This document shows, piece after piece, positions 27,282-36,698 of a stretch of 47,507 nt of DNA (positions are counted from its first letter, which is position 1; each line of letters begins with the position of its first letter). Source of the stretch: Minisyncoccales bacterium (GTDB lineage: Bacteria; Patescibacteriota; Minisyncoccia; Minisyncoccales; JAGMDC01). The translations under genes were made by a program, and so were the position numbers. Under the pieces are notes generated by a model. The model saw only the letters and a list, made by a program, of their open reading frames with translations. It made no database searches and had not been told where the DNA came from. Where the stretch lies: the NCBI GenBank assembly GCA_049642725.1, contig JBARPC010000005.1, forward strand, positions 1 to 47,507, in the 5' to 3' direction.

Positions 27282-28598
27282 ATGGAGAAATTATCAAAAA
27301 AACTTATTGTTTATCTCGACCAGAATTTTATAAGCGAAATGGCAAAGGTTGAAACAAATAAAAAAGTAAGTTCTCAATTTAAAGATATATATGAATTACT
27401 TCATGAGGGTTTTATTGATGAAAAAATTGTAGTTCCATCTTCTTGGTTTCATGAGATTGAAACAAGCTTGTCTACTATTCTTAAAAAGAAAATTATGGAA
27501 TATCAAGGATATTTAGGTCAAATAGATATGAATTTCCCTACAGATATACGAAGATTTCAGTTAGTAAAAGCAGTTAAAGAATTTCTTGGAGAAAAAGAGG
27601 CTGAACCTACAAGTTACGGTTTTGTTTTTCGTAATAATCCAGATCAGAGAACAAGAATGTTTGATATCAAAATAGATACTCAACTAGAACGTTTTAATTA
27701 TAGAAGTGAACGAGTATCAACCGCAAAAGATTTAGATAAATTAAGAAAAAGTATTGAGGAAAATAAAATTAACTATAAAGAACAATTACAAAAAGAGCTA
27801 AATGCCCAAATAGATTTTTTAAAGCAGCAAGAGAATTACACCTTTCGTTGGTTATTCAAAAATAATCCAGAAAAAGTAGATATGTTTTTAAAATCTAATT
27901 ATTTTAAAGAAATGCCAACAGTAAGTATTTATTCGCAGATGTGGTCAAAGCTACTTACTAGCTATAAAAATAGACAAATAAAGAGTAGCGACATGACCGA
28001 TATTGATATTATATCTACCTACCTTCCATATATAGAAGTATTAGCAACAGATTTATTTATGGCAAATTTAGTTAAGGAATTAGAGCTTGATAAGATATAT
28101 CAAACAACTATATTTTCCTCAAAAAATGAGAGTCTTAAAGATTTTAAAATCTATCTTAAAAATTATCTAATTAATACCAAAGCTATAAATATTCCAAAAT
28201 CTTCTATTTTTGTTTTATCAGATGACATTATTAAAGAACATTCATTTGAGTTATTCCATGATTTGGGCATGATGTCTGGAAATATATCGCATAGTAAAGA
28301 ATGGGTAGATATTTATGGTTTTGATGATGGTAATATGCCCGAATATCAACTAAAAAAGGGACCGAAACGTCCCTGGCCATTTTATGGACTTCAGGATGTA
28401 CACATAATCAAAATTAAACCAAAAATTCCTTTGTTAGAAATAATAAAAATCTGCAAAGAAAAATGTCGTTCTGAAAAGTTTATTCTCCTTAATTCATATA
28501 GAAAATTACCAAGTAATTTCGTAGAAACTTTAATTAAATACTGTGATTCTAAAAAAGATAGAATTTTGAACTACAAAATTTATAGTAGAAAAGTGTAA
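27282..28598 (+). CDS. Hypothetical protein
   Basis: 438-aa ORF with no recognisable domain. Confidence 0.45.
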   Translation: MEKLSKKLIVYLDQNFISEMAKVETNKKVSSQFKDIYELLHEGFIDEKIVVPSSWFHEIETSLSTILKKKIMEYQGYLGQIDMNFPTDIRRFQLVKAVKEFLGEKEAEPTSYGFVFRNNPDQRTRMFDIKIDTQLERFNYRSERVSTAKDLDKLRKSIEENKINYKEQLQKELNAQIDFLKQQENYTFRWLFKNNPEKVDMFLKSNYFKEMPTVSIYSQMWSKLLTSYKNRQIKSSDMTDIDIISTYLPYIEVLATDLFMANLVKELELDKIYQTTIFSSKNESLKDFKIYLKNYLINTKAINIPKSSIFVLSDDIIKEHSFELFHDLGMMSGNISHSKEWVDIYGFDDGNMPEYQLKKGPKRPWPFYGLQDVHIIKIKPKIPLLEIIKICKEKCRSEKFILLNSYRKLPSNFVETLIKYCDSKKDRILNYKIYSRKV

Positions 28599-28602
28599 AA
28601 TG

Positions 28603-28857
28603 AGACAATAGAATATATCCTTAAGTAGTGTCTCACTCTCATTTCTCGAACAGAACACCTAAACTGAGACACAGGGGTGAGACATTCCCGAAAGCTTCAA
28701 AACGGGACACTCAACTGTTCCATTGGAACACCCCCTTTTCGTGTTCCGTTTGTTCCGTTTTAGCTTCAAAATGCCCGACCGAGACGGGTCAATGGAACAC
28801 GCCGAAAATAGCCTGAATTACCCTTAAAATCTCGGTTCTGGACCGAGGTTGTCTGCC
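28603..28857 (+). ncRNA. Structured repeat element with tRNA-like 3' end (candidate tRNA-like RNA or MITE)
   Basis: 5' agacaat (28603-28609) can pair with 3' gttgtct (28847-28853), followed by g+CCA. T-arm-like ctcgg-ttctgga-ccgag. An internal palindrome gttccaTtggaac and a gttccgttt x2 direct repeat are present. A partial homologue lies at 46698-46876. Confidence 0.4.
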
Positions 28858-28886
28858 ATCACATGCTAAGTCAAGTGACTGAGACG
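28858..28886 (+). repeat. 29-nt trailer tcacatgctaagtcaagtgactgagacgc, copy 2
   Basis: Same motif as 4263-4291 and again placed immediately after a ...tgcca end. Confidence 0.7.
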
Positions 28887-28917
28887 CCTTAATTCGAGTC
28901 ACAAGGGGGAATAGGAT

Positions 28918-28941
28918 GGTGCTCGGTTCGAGCGACCGAGA
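28918..28941 (+). repeat. 24-bp direct repeat gtgctcggttcgagcgaccgagac, right copy
   Basis: Matches 10718-10741. It is followed by a T-run (ggtttattttt), so it may also act as a terminator. Confidence 0.7.
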
Positions 28942-29076
28942 CAGGTTTATTTTTACAATTCTAGTCTAAATTGCGGTCGCTGATCGAAAATAAAAACGGC
29001 TGAGTTTAGCCGTTTTTAAGACTCAGAAGAATAGTTTTTATTTTTTAATTCAAGATTATATATTTATACCTTAGCG

Positions 29077-29164
29077 AATCAAGGTTCTGCCGAGCGTCAG
29101 CGAGGCAGGTTCTTAATTACAAAGTAATCAAGGTTCTGCTGAGCGTCAGCGAGGCAGGTTCTTA
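29077..29164. repeat. Tandem direct repeat (2 x 39 bp, 49-bp period) duplicating the 3' end of the XRE gene
   Basis: aatcaaggttctgcYgagcgtcagcgaggcaggttctta appears twice. The reverse complement encodes ...KNLPR*, the C-terminus of gene 29146..29529. Confidence 0.8.
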
Positions 29165-29529
29165 TATTTTTTATCAACGATTTCTTTAGCCATTTCTATG
29201 TCGCGGATAGCTTGAGGCGAAAGATGATATTTTGCCCGGAGATATTGCGGAAGATCAGGAAGCTCATACTCGTCACTATCAACTAAGCCGGCTTCTTTCA
29301 AGAGAGCTCCTACTGGTATGTTATAAAATTTTGAAAGTTTCAATAGGGTATGAATATTGATAGTGAAAAAAGAATTGCCGTTTTCAATTTTGAAAAGATA
29401 ACTGGGAGCTATTCTAGATTTTTCAGCTACTTCCCTGATTGATAGTTCAGATTCTTTTCTCAATTGTTTAAGATAGGTTCCTAATTTTTTCATTTCGTAA
29501 GGAATTGTTTTTTTCAAAGTTTTTAGCAT
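29146..29529 (-). CDS. XRE-family HTH transcriptional regulator
   Basis: LRKESELSIREVAEKSRIAPSYLFKIENG matches an HTH_3 domain. Confidence 0.7.
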   Translation of the reverse strand: MLKTLKKTIPYEMKKLGTYLKQLRKESELSIREVAEKSRIAPSYLFKIENGNSFFTINIHTLLKLSKFYNIPVGALLKEAGLVDSDEYELPDLPQYLRAKYHLSPQAIRDIEMAKEIVDKKYKNLPR

Positions 29530-29861
29530 AGCACCTGTGGATAACTTTAATTATTTATTTTAGTTTACTAAATCAAAAAATTCTGTCAAGAGACATTTTG
29601 TTATTTAAAATAAACAAATAAGAAAGTAGGCTCTTAGTTTTAACTTATTTTTTGATAATTAAATTAAAAATGCCCTCCCTCCCCTGAGAGTATGTTCTCT
29701 TAAAGAAATAATTTGTAGATTTCAATAAATAACTCAAAATTGGCTTGACAGCATTGATTGACTTCTTAATAAAGAGTATAATGAAACAAGTTATTAAAAA
29801 GAAGATTTACTAAAGAAGATTTACTATGAAAATAATCAAAGAAGTAACTAAAATTTCAGCG

Positions 29862-29895
<34 letters not shown>

Positions 29896-30118
29896 CGAAT
29901 TTGCCGCGGGATTTAGCTCTAAGAGTTTCGTATTTTGTATTAAAAACAAATCTCTGTTGCTTGCCCCGTATAATCCTGAAAGGATTTGTTCGGGGCTAAT
30001 TTAGTGACGGAGGTTTTTGTTTTTAAAAAACGTTTCAGAAATTTAGAATAACTTAATCCTTAAGAATAAAATAAAGCTCTTAATTGTGGTTGGATACAAT
30101 TAGGAGTTTTTATTTGTT

Positions 30119-30187
30119 TAGATATCTGAATGGGGCGTGGGAGGGCTAGAAAATCCAACTACTTCCCACGCCCGATCCAGATATCTA
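30119..30187. promoter_or_regulatory. Imperfect 25-bp inverted repeat (candidate operator or RNA hairpin) upstream of gvpA
   Basis: tagatatctgaatggggcgtgggagg ...20 nt... cttcccacgcccgatccagatatcta. Confidence 0.4.
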
Positions 30188-30319
30188 AATTTAGCTATTA
30201 TAGGATAGCATAATTGAGGAAATTTGTCAGCCCTAAATAATAAACCCGCTAAAATTTAAGCGGGCAAGGGTCGATTAGGGCAAGTGTAAAATAAATCTTA
30301 AATTCAAATTTAAACAAAT

Positions 30320-30526
30320 ATGGCTGTAGAAAAAGCAATAGGTAGCTCTAGTTTAGTGGAGGTAGTAGACCGAATTCTTGACAAGGGTGTTGTTATTGAC
30401 GCTTGGGTAAGAGTTTCATTAGTTGGTATTGAATTGCTGGCAATTGAAGCCAGAGTGGTAGTTGCTTCGGTTGAAACTTGGTTGAAATATGCAGAAGCTG
30501 TCGGTCTTACTGCCACCGCTGCCTAA
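30320..30526 (+). CDS. gvpA: Gas vesicle structural protein GvpA
   Basis: 68 aa, [53 protein letters not shown], the hallmark GvpA sequence. Confidence 0.9.
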   Translation: MAVEKAIGSSSLVEVVDRILDKGVVIDAWVRVSLVGIELLAIEARVVVASVETWLKYAEAVGLTATAA

Positions 30527-30698
30527 GAGCTAAGCTAAATTGTTTAAAGCATCCTTTATGTTCGGAGGAGTACCCGAATTCCTTCTCCAAATCCTTAAAA
30601 AGGGTTAAGAGTAGAAAGTATGCCTTAAACAATATTTTGAATATCAAAATTTGTTCTTGAAAAAAAAGAGTAAATTCTGGTATTTAAATTTAAGAGTT

Positions 30699-31241
30699 AT
30701 GTCTAATAATAATTTCAAAATTGCTCAAGACATCGTCGCTTCATACGAAGCTCGGATAAAGGTAATTCAGGCAACAGCTGAAGACACCCAAAAATTGCTT
30801 GAAGAATTTAGGGAAAAGAGAGAAAAGATGAGCCAGGAATTAAAAGGAGCTTTATCCCAACATGAATCTTTGAGAAAGAAAGATTTTGACAAAATGATGG
30901 AAGATATTTTAATTGCTCAAAAAACTCGAGAAGAAAATGTAAAACAAATGCTAGTTGATTTTCAAGATGAGGAAATGAAAGTTGTTGAGGGTTTAAGAGA
31001 AATGCTCAAAAAAGGAGAAAAATTAAGGCTCAAAGATTTTAAGGGTACTTTGGTTAAAATTAGAGAAGAACAAGAAATTCGAGAAAAAAAAACCCCCACT
31101 CGTATTGGCGAAGAATTAATTCGGATGAAATCAGAAGTTTGTGAGATGCTTGAAAATTTTAAGAGAGAGCGGGAAAAAGTGGCTTCGGAATGGAAAGAGA
31201 TGACGACCTCAGTGAATCAAAAACGAAATTTAAATAAATAA
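30699..31241 (+). CDS. Coiled-coil gas-vesicle-associated protein (paralogue of 31708..32226; alternative start at 30651)
   Basis: Charged heptad-rich sequence sharing RKKDFDKMMEDI / LKDFKGTLVKI motifs with the downstream paralogue. Confidence 0.5.
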   Translation: MSNNNFKIAQDIVASYEARIKVIQATAEDTQKLLEEFREKREKMSQELKGALSQHESLRKKDFDKMMEDILIAQKTREENVKQMLVDFQDEEMKVVEGLREMLKKGEKLRLKDFKGTLVKIREEQEIREKKTPTRIGEELIRMKSEVCEMLENFKREREKVASEWKEMTTSVNQKRNLNK

Positions 31242-31295
31242 TTAACCCGCCAAAATTTTGCATCGCAAAACTTAGGCGGGTAAAGGTCAAAAACT

Positions 31296-31601
31296 ATGGC
31301 AAAAAAAGCATCAATTAAATACAAGATGATCACCTGTGCTTTCTGTAAAGGAAAAGGAATAGATCCTTTTGGAATTCCTTCAAAGTTGTCTAATTGCCAA
31401 GTGTGTTGGGGTAAAGGCAAAGTAGCCATTGCTGATATTCCTCATGAGACCTGCGGAGCTTGCGAGGGTTCAGGAATTTTTGAACATCATCGATTGCCTT
31501 GTTCGGTCTGCAAGGGGAAAGGAGTGGTTCCGAAAGACAGGAGGCAGGGATCGAAAGGAATGAATCCGGGCACGGGATTACCGGAAATCGGGAACTACTA
31601 A
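31296..31601 (+). CDS. DnaJ-type zinc-finger (CR-domain) protein
   Basis: Four CxxCxGxG repeats: CAFCKGKG, CQVCWGKG, CGACEGSG and CSVCKGKG. Confidence 0.6.
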   Translation: MAKKASIKYKMITCAFCKGKGIDPFGIPSKLSNCQVCWGKGKVAIADIPHETCGACEGSGIFEHHRLPCSVCKGKGVVPKDRRQGSKGMNPGTGLPEIGNY

Positions 31602-31707
31602 AAAAGTCGAAACTTAACATAAAATTAATTAAATTTTTGATTTTTAATTAATCTAATGTCTCATTAATTTTAGTCATTAGAATTAATTATTAGTCATTGT
31701 GAATAAT

Positions 31708-32226
31708 ATGGCTTACGCACAAGAAATGAAAAATTTAGCGGCCGAAATCAAAACCTCTCATCAAGACCGAACTCAATATATAGCGGACGTTAAAGATGCT
31801 ACTCATGAATTGATTGCTAAATTTCAAGGAGAATTGAAAGAAATGGCTAGAGATCTGAAAGATTTTCTGGCAAAAAGTGAAGATACAAGAAAGAAAGATT
31901 TTGATGGAATGATGAAAGGGATTCAAGTAAAGATTAAGGAAATTCAAGGCGATGTAAAAGATTTCTTAGCCGAAAGTGAAGAAAAAAGAATGGCCGATTT
32001 TAAAGTCACAATGAAAGATATTACTGATAGAGTTGATGATATAAAGAAAACCGCAAGGGGAATGCTTGGCAACTATAAAACAGAGAGAAAAGAGGCAGCT
32101 GGTTATTGGGGAAGATTGAAAGGCAAAGAGGCTGCAGTAGTCAAAGAAGCGGTAGTTGAAGAAGCGGTAGCTGAAGAAGCGGAAGAAGAAGCGCCAAAAA
32201 GAAAAAAAGGAAGAAGGAAGAAATAA
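31708..32226 (+). CDS. Coiled-coil gas-vesicle-associated protein with basic C-terminal tail (alternative GTG start at 31699)
   Basis: RKKDFDGMMKGI and VKDFLAESEEKRMADFK motifs are paralogous to 30699..31241. The sequence ends in an EEAEEEAPKRKKGRRKK tail. Confidence 0.5.
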   Translation: MAYAQEMKNLAAEIKTSHQDRTQYIADVKDATHELIAKFQGELKEMARDLKDFLAKSEDTRKKDFDGMMKGIQVKIKEIQGDVKDFLAESEEKRMADFKVTMKDITDRVDDIKKTARGMLGNYKTERKEAAGYWGRLKGKEAAVVKEAVVEEAVAEEAEEEAPKRKKGRRKK

Positions 32227-32306
32227 TTCGTATCCGAAGCCGCAAATTCGTAAATTCGTACAACGGTTTCGGTAAAAAGGTCGAATTTAATTTATATTCT
32301 AGTAAA

Positions 32307-33245
32307 TTGAGAGATATGCCTTATTTATCATCAGAAGAAGAACAAGCTATTATTGAGCCAAAACCAATGGCTGATTTTGTTGAGACACCTTACATTAAGC
32401 GATTGACTCGCCGAGCTTTGAATTATCTCAAAGTTGGAATTCCAGTCCATTTTAGGGGTCCGACTGGAACCGGTAAAACCACTTTAGCTTTACATGTAGC
32501 AAGCAAAATTGGAAGACCGGCAGTCCTTTTGCATGGAGACGACGAATATAAAACTTCTGATTTAGTGGGAGGCGAACACGGTTATCGTTACCGCTATTTA
32601 AAAGACAATTTTATTTCCAGCGTTCTTAAGGTAGAGCAAGATATGTATAAGCGCTGGACGGACAACCGCTTAACATTAGCCTGTAAAAATGGTTTCACCA
32701 TGATTTATGATGAATTTACTCGTTCAAAACCAGAAGCCAATAATATTTTACTCTCCATTTTACAAGAAAAAGTGATGGACTTGCCGGCCCAAAGACAGGG
32801 AGAGGAAGCTCATTATTTGCAAGTTCATCCCAATTTCTGCGCTGTTTTTACCTCTAATCCCGAAGAGTACGCTGGCACTCATAAAGCCCAAGATGCTTTG
32901 AGAGATAGAATGGTTACTATGGACCTGGATTATTTTGACCGAAAAACCGAAGTAGCAATAACTCAAACAAAATCTGGCCTTTCTGAAGAAGATTCCGGGA
33001 AAATAGTTAATGTGGTCAGAGGAATGAGAACGCACAATCCCTGCGAATTTCCTCCTACTGTAAGAAGCTGCATTACTTTAGCTAAGGCTGTAGTAATTAA
33101 TAGAGGAAAGGTTTCGGTTGCCGATTCCGTTTTTCGAGAATTGGCTCAAGATGTATTAGTTTCTCAAACTACTCGAAGCCCTTGGTCACCAAAACGAAAA
33201 GAGATAAAAGAATTGGTTGAAGGATTAATTAATAAATATTGCTAA
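32307..33245 (+). CDS. gvpN: Gas vesicle AAA+ ATPase GvpN (MoxR/CbbQ-like)
   Basis: Walker A GPTGTGKTTLALHVA, Walker B MIYDEFTRSKPE, and the position after gvpA. Confidence 0.8.
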   Translation: MRDMPYLSSEEEQAIIEPKPMADFVETPYIKRLTRRALNYLKVGIPVHFRGPTGTGKTTLALHVASKIGRPAVLLHGDDEYKTSDLVGGEHGYRYRYLKDNFISSVLKVEQDMYKRWTDNRLTLACKNGFTMIYDEFTRSKPEANNILLSILQEKVMDLPAQRQGEEAHYLQVHPNFCAVFTSNPEEYAGTHKAQDALRDRMVTMDLDYFDRKTEVAITQTKSGLSEEDSGKIVNVVRGMRTHNPCEFPPTVRSCITLAKAVVINRGKVSVADSVFRELAQDVLVSQTTRSPWSPKRKEIKELVEGLINKYC

Positions 33246-33248
33246 AAT

Positions 33249-33593
33249 ATGAAAACTTCAATAAAAACACTTCAAGATGTTAGTGGCTTCCACGATCTTA
33301 GAACATATACTGGAGCAGTTAGGAAAAGCGGCAAGCCAGCGCTTCCCACCACGAATATCCTAGATCTTTATATGCGAAGGAATGAAAGAGATAGGTTGGT
33401 CAAGGAATTAAAACTGGTGAAAAGAAGAAGGGTGCAGTTGCGCGGAAGATTAAAAGACGTAGAGAAGGAGATGACGAAACTTCTCGTTAAGGCTACCAAA
33501 ACAGCAGTAGACATAAGAGGAGAAACGATAAGGGGCGGCTTAAGTTCAATTGAGGAATCGAAAAAGAAAGGAAAAATGGTATTAGGATATTAA
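33249..33593 (+). CDS. Basic, coiled hypothetical protein
   Basis: 114-aa ORF. Confidence 0.4.
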   Translation: MKTSIKTLQDVSGFHDLRTYTGAVRKSGKPALPTTNILDLYMRRNERDRLVKELKLVKRRRVQLRGRLKDVEKEMTKLLVKATKTAVDIRGETIRGGLSSIEESKKKGKMVLGY

Positions 33594-33628
33594 ATTCTAA
33601 TAATTTGTGTTTAAGTTAGTGAATATTT

Positions 33629-33943
33629 ATGGGCATTATGACTACGAACGAGCTAAGAGTTTTATCTATTATTTGGGATTGGGGAGGAGAAGCATCGGTT
33701 GATATTATTGCCAGAGAAGTTGGTATTAGCATTGATTATGCAAGGCTTTTATGTGAAAGTTTGGGAAGAGAAGGCTGTATAGATTTTTTGGGCTCCAAAC
33801 TCTGCAAAATAAAAAGTAAAGGAAAGGTAATGGTAGCAAGTAAAAAGGGCCAGAATCCCCAAAAAATTGTTATCCCAGAAAGGCCGAGCAGATTCGGCTT
33901 AGGCAAAGATAAAAGAGGAAGAATTATTTTAAATTATGGTTAA
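33629..33943 (+). CDS. Winged-helix DNA-binding protein (putative regulator; paralogue of 37263..37709)
   Basis: LRVLSIIWDWGGEASVDIIAREVGISIDYARLLCESLGREGCIDF. Confidence 0.45.
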   Translation: MGIMTTNELRVLSIIWDWGGEASVDIIAREVGISIDYARLLCESLGREGCIDFLGSKLCKIKSKGKVMVASKKGQNPQKIVIPERPSRFGLGKDKRGRIILNYG

Positions 33944-34544
33944 AAAATATAAATTTAAAAAAACTGAAAAGGGAAAAACCGATCAGGCTAGAGAAGAATT
34001 GAAAAATCTGGAAGATTTGCCTTTGGTCGGTGGACTTCTCAAAGGATTGGGAAAATTCGTTGATCTGGCAGAAAGAGTAGAAGAAGCCGGAGGAGAGATT
34101 AAAAAGAAAGGAGAGATAAAAAGCGATGAGGGAAAGGTAAGGGGTATTTATGGATTTTCGATAAAAAGCGGAATCGGGGAGAGGCCGAAATTTCAAACTT
34201 TTGGCAATATAAAACCAATTAAAAAAGAAGCTAAAGCAAAACCGGAATTTAAAATCACGGAGACCAGAGAACCGATGGTGGATGTTTTTAATGAGAAAGA
34301 CCATGTTTTGATTGTAGCTGAGCTTCCTGGAGTAAGCGAAGACAGTATCAACTTGGATCTAAAAGGAGATATTTTGATCTTAGAAGCTGGAGATGAAAAA
34401 AGAAAGTATTCAAAAGAAATTTTGCTTCCCCGTTCGACTTCGCCTGGACGAAGTCCTGGCGGGCGGGCAGCGAAAGTTGATTTTGACGGGAGAGAAGAAA
34501 ACTTTAAGAATGGAGTACTTGAAGTAAAGATGAGAAAAATATGA
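33936..34544 (+). CDS. Hsp20/alpha-crystallin small heat-shock protein (GvpH-like position)
   Basis: [28 protein letters not shown]...ILLP...[12 protein letters not shown] matches an alpha-crystallin domain. Confidence 0.7.
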   Translation: MVKKYKFKKTEKGKTDQAREELKNLEDLPLVGGLLKGLGKFVDLAERVEEAGGEIKKKGEIKSDEGKVRGIYGFSIKSGIGERPKFQTFGNIKPIKKEAKAKPEFKITETREPMVDVFNEKDHVLIVAELPGVSEDSINLDLKGDILILEAGDEKRKYSKEILLPRSTSPGRSPGGRAAKVDFDGREENFKNGVLEVKMRKI

Positions 34545-36697
34545 CAGCTATTTTCAAAATAGCAGAAGCAGAATCAAAAGATGTAGGGAGGGCTATTGTC
34601 CGAATTGACCCAAAAGATCTTTCCAAAGTTAAAGCTGAAATTGGAGATATAGTGGAAGTTAAAAGTGCCAAGGAAAAAGTTAAGAAAAAAACAGTAGCTA
34701 AATTGATGCCGGCTTTCGAAGAAATGCGCGGCAAGGGAATCTTACAAATGGATGGAATTTTAAGGGATAATATTAAGGTTGGTTTAAACGAGAAGATAAA
34801 GATTAAAAAGATAGAGACGAACCTCGCTTCAACTATAGTTTTAAAACCTTTAACTTCGGAAAGCTCTTTAAAAGAGACCGATTCAGAATACTTAGCTCAA
34901 ATATTGGATGGGGCACCAGTTATTACAGAGAATAAAATCCGGGCAACCTTTTTCGGATCAAAATTTCAAGACTTTTTAGTGGAAGATACTGATCCCGACG
35001 GGGCAGTTTTGATAAATTCCGAAACAACAATCAAAATTAAGGGGGCTGCCAAAGCAAAAAGAGGAGTAGGGATTACTTACGAGGATATTGGCGGCCTTAA
35101 AAAAGAAATGGGGAAAATTAGAGAAATGATTGAGCTTCCCTTGAAATATCCTGAGGTTTTTGAAAGATTAGGAATTGATGCTCCAAAGGGAGTATTGCTT
35201 CATGGTCCTCCGGGCTGCGGAAAAACTTTAATTGCCAGAGCTATTGCCAATGAAACTGACGCTTATTTTACCCATATTTCGGGACCGGAAATAATGGGTA
35301 AGTTTTATGGGGAATCCGAAGGAAGATTAAGAGAAGTATTTGAAACAGCCGAATCTAATGCTCCAGCTATTTTAGCAATAGATGAAATTGATGCTATTGC
35401 CCCTAAACGTGAAGATATGGGGGGAGAAAAACAGGTAGAAAGAAGAGTAGTGGCTCAACTTTTGGCTTTAATGGACGGATTAGAATCTCGAGGAGATTTA
35501 ATTGTAATCGGAATTACCAATATTCCTAATACTTTAGATCCTGCCTTAAGAAGACCGGGAAGATTTGATCGAGAAATTTCAATTCCTATTCCTGATAAAA
35601 ACGGCAGAAAAGAAATATTAGAAATTCATACCCGGGGAATGCCTCTAACTAAGAACTTTGATTTAGAGAAACTGGCTGAGATTACTCACGGTTTTGTAGG
35701 AGCAGATTTGGAGGCCCTAGCCAGAGAAGCGGCGATGTCGGCCCTGAGAGAGATTATGCCAGAGATTGAATTTGAAAAAGAATATATTCCTTATAAAAAA
35801 CTTTTGGGCATTGAAGTAACCATGGATCATTTCCGAGAGGCACTGAAAGAAGTTGAACCCTCGGCTTTAAGAGAAGTATTTACTGAGATTCCTAATGTCA
35901 GGTGGGAAGATGTCGGAGGGTTAGAGGACATAAAACAGACCCTCAAAGAAGCTATTGAATGGCCATTAAAATACGGAAAGCTCTTTGATCATTCAAAAAC
36001 CAGTCCCCCTAAAGGAATATTGCTTTCAGGGCCTCCGGGTACCGGAAAAACTTTAATAGCTAAAGCAGTAGCTTCTGAATGCGGAGTCAATTTTATTTCA
36101 GTTAAGGGCCCCCAACTTTTATCCCGTTGGGTTGGAGAAAGCGAAAAGGGAGTAAGAGAAGTTTTCAAAAAAGCAAAGCAATCCTCTCCCTGTATTGTCT
36201 TTTTTGATGAAATCGACAGTTTGGTTCCGGCTCGAAACCAATCTTCAGATTCCCATGTAACAGAACGGGTGGTTAGCCAATTTCTTACCGAACTTGACGG
36301 CATAGAAGAGCTTAAAGGAGTAGTAATTCTAGGAGCAACTAATCGATTGAATTTAATTGATTCTGCTTTACTGAGAGCCGGAAGATTCGATTTTCTCTTG
36401 GAAGTTCCAAAACCCGATGAAAAAACTAGGCTGAAAATATTCAAAATTCATACTCAAGGCAAGCCCTTGGCTCAAGATGTAGATTTTAAAATCCTAGGTA
36501 GGGAAACAGAGGGGCTTACCGGAGCTGATATTGAAACCATTTGTAAAAAAGCATCCATAATGGCAATTAGAGAGTTTGTGAATTCAAGCAACCCCAAAGG
36601 AAAGCTTTCGGCTTCCTACGTGGCAGGCCAAAACGAGAAAAATTTTAAAATTAAATTTAAATATTTTAAAGAAGCATTAAAGAATTTAAAGACATAA
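34541..36697 (+). CDS. Cdc48/VCP-like double-ring AAA+ ATPase
   Basis: N-domain plus D1 ([22 protein letters not shown]) and D2 ([22 protein letters not shown]), with second-region-of-homology motifs. Confidence 0.85.
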   Translation: MTAIFKIAEAESKDVGRAIVRIDPKDLSKVKAEIGDIVEVKSAKEKVKKKTVAKLMPAFEEMRGKGILQMDGILRDNIKVGLNEKIKIKKIETNLASTIVLKPLTSESSLKETDSEYLAQILDGAPVITENKIRATFFGSKFQDFLVEDTDPDGAVLINSETTIKIKGAAKAKRGVGITYEDIGGLKKEMGKIREMIELPLKYPEVFERLGIDAPKGVLLHGPPGCGKTLIARAIANETDAYFTHISGPEIMGKFYGESEGRLREVFETAESNAPAILAIDEIDAIAPKREDMGGEKQVERRVVAQLLALMDGLESRGDLIVIGITNIPNTLDPALRRPGRFDREISIPIPDKNGRKEILEIHTRGMPLTKNFDLEKLAEITHGFVGADLEALAREAAMSALREIMPEIEFEKEYIPYKKLLGIEVTMDHFREALKEVEPSALREVFTEIPNVRWEDVGGLEDIKQTLKEAIEWPLKYGKLFDHSKTSPPKGILLSGPPGTGKTLIAKAVASECGVNFISVKGPQLLSRWVGESEKGVREVFKKAKQSSPCIVFFDEIDSLVPARNQSSDSHVTERVVSQFLTELDGIEELKGVVILGATNRLNLIDSALLRAGRFDFLLEVPKPDEKTRLKIFKIHTQGKPLAQDVDFKILGRETEGLTGADIETICKKASIMAIREFVNSSNPKGKLSASYVAGQNEKNFKIKFKYFKEALKNLKT

Positions 36698-36698
36698 T

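Noticed and set aside
28628-28816. 62-aa ORF inside the 28.6-kb repeat element
   Set aside because: It lies entirely within a structured, duplicated non-coding element. A corresponding ORF is absent in the second copy at 46.7 kb.
28603-28857. tmRNA (ssrA) identity for the tRNA-like element
   Set aside because: The acceptor stem lacks the G3:U70 alanine identity pair. No plausible tag-peptide reading frame ending in ...AA* was found. It is left as an unclassified tRNA-like element.
30527-30700. A short peptide gene or gvpC between gvpA and the first coiled-coil gene
   Set aside because: Only spurious short ORFs are present. The spacing is more consistent with an intergenic region containing the alternative start at 30651.
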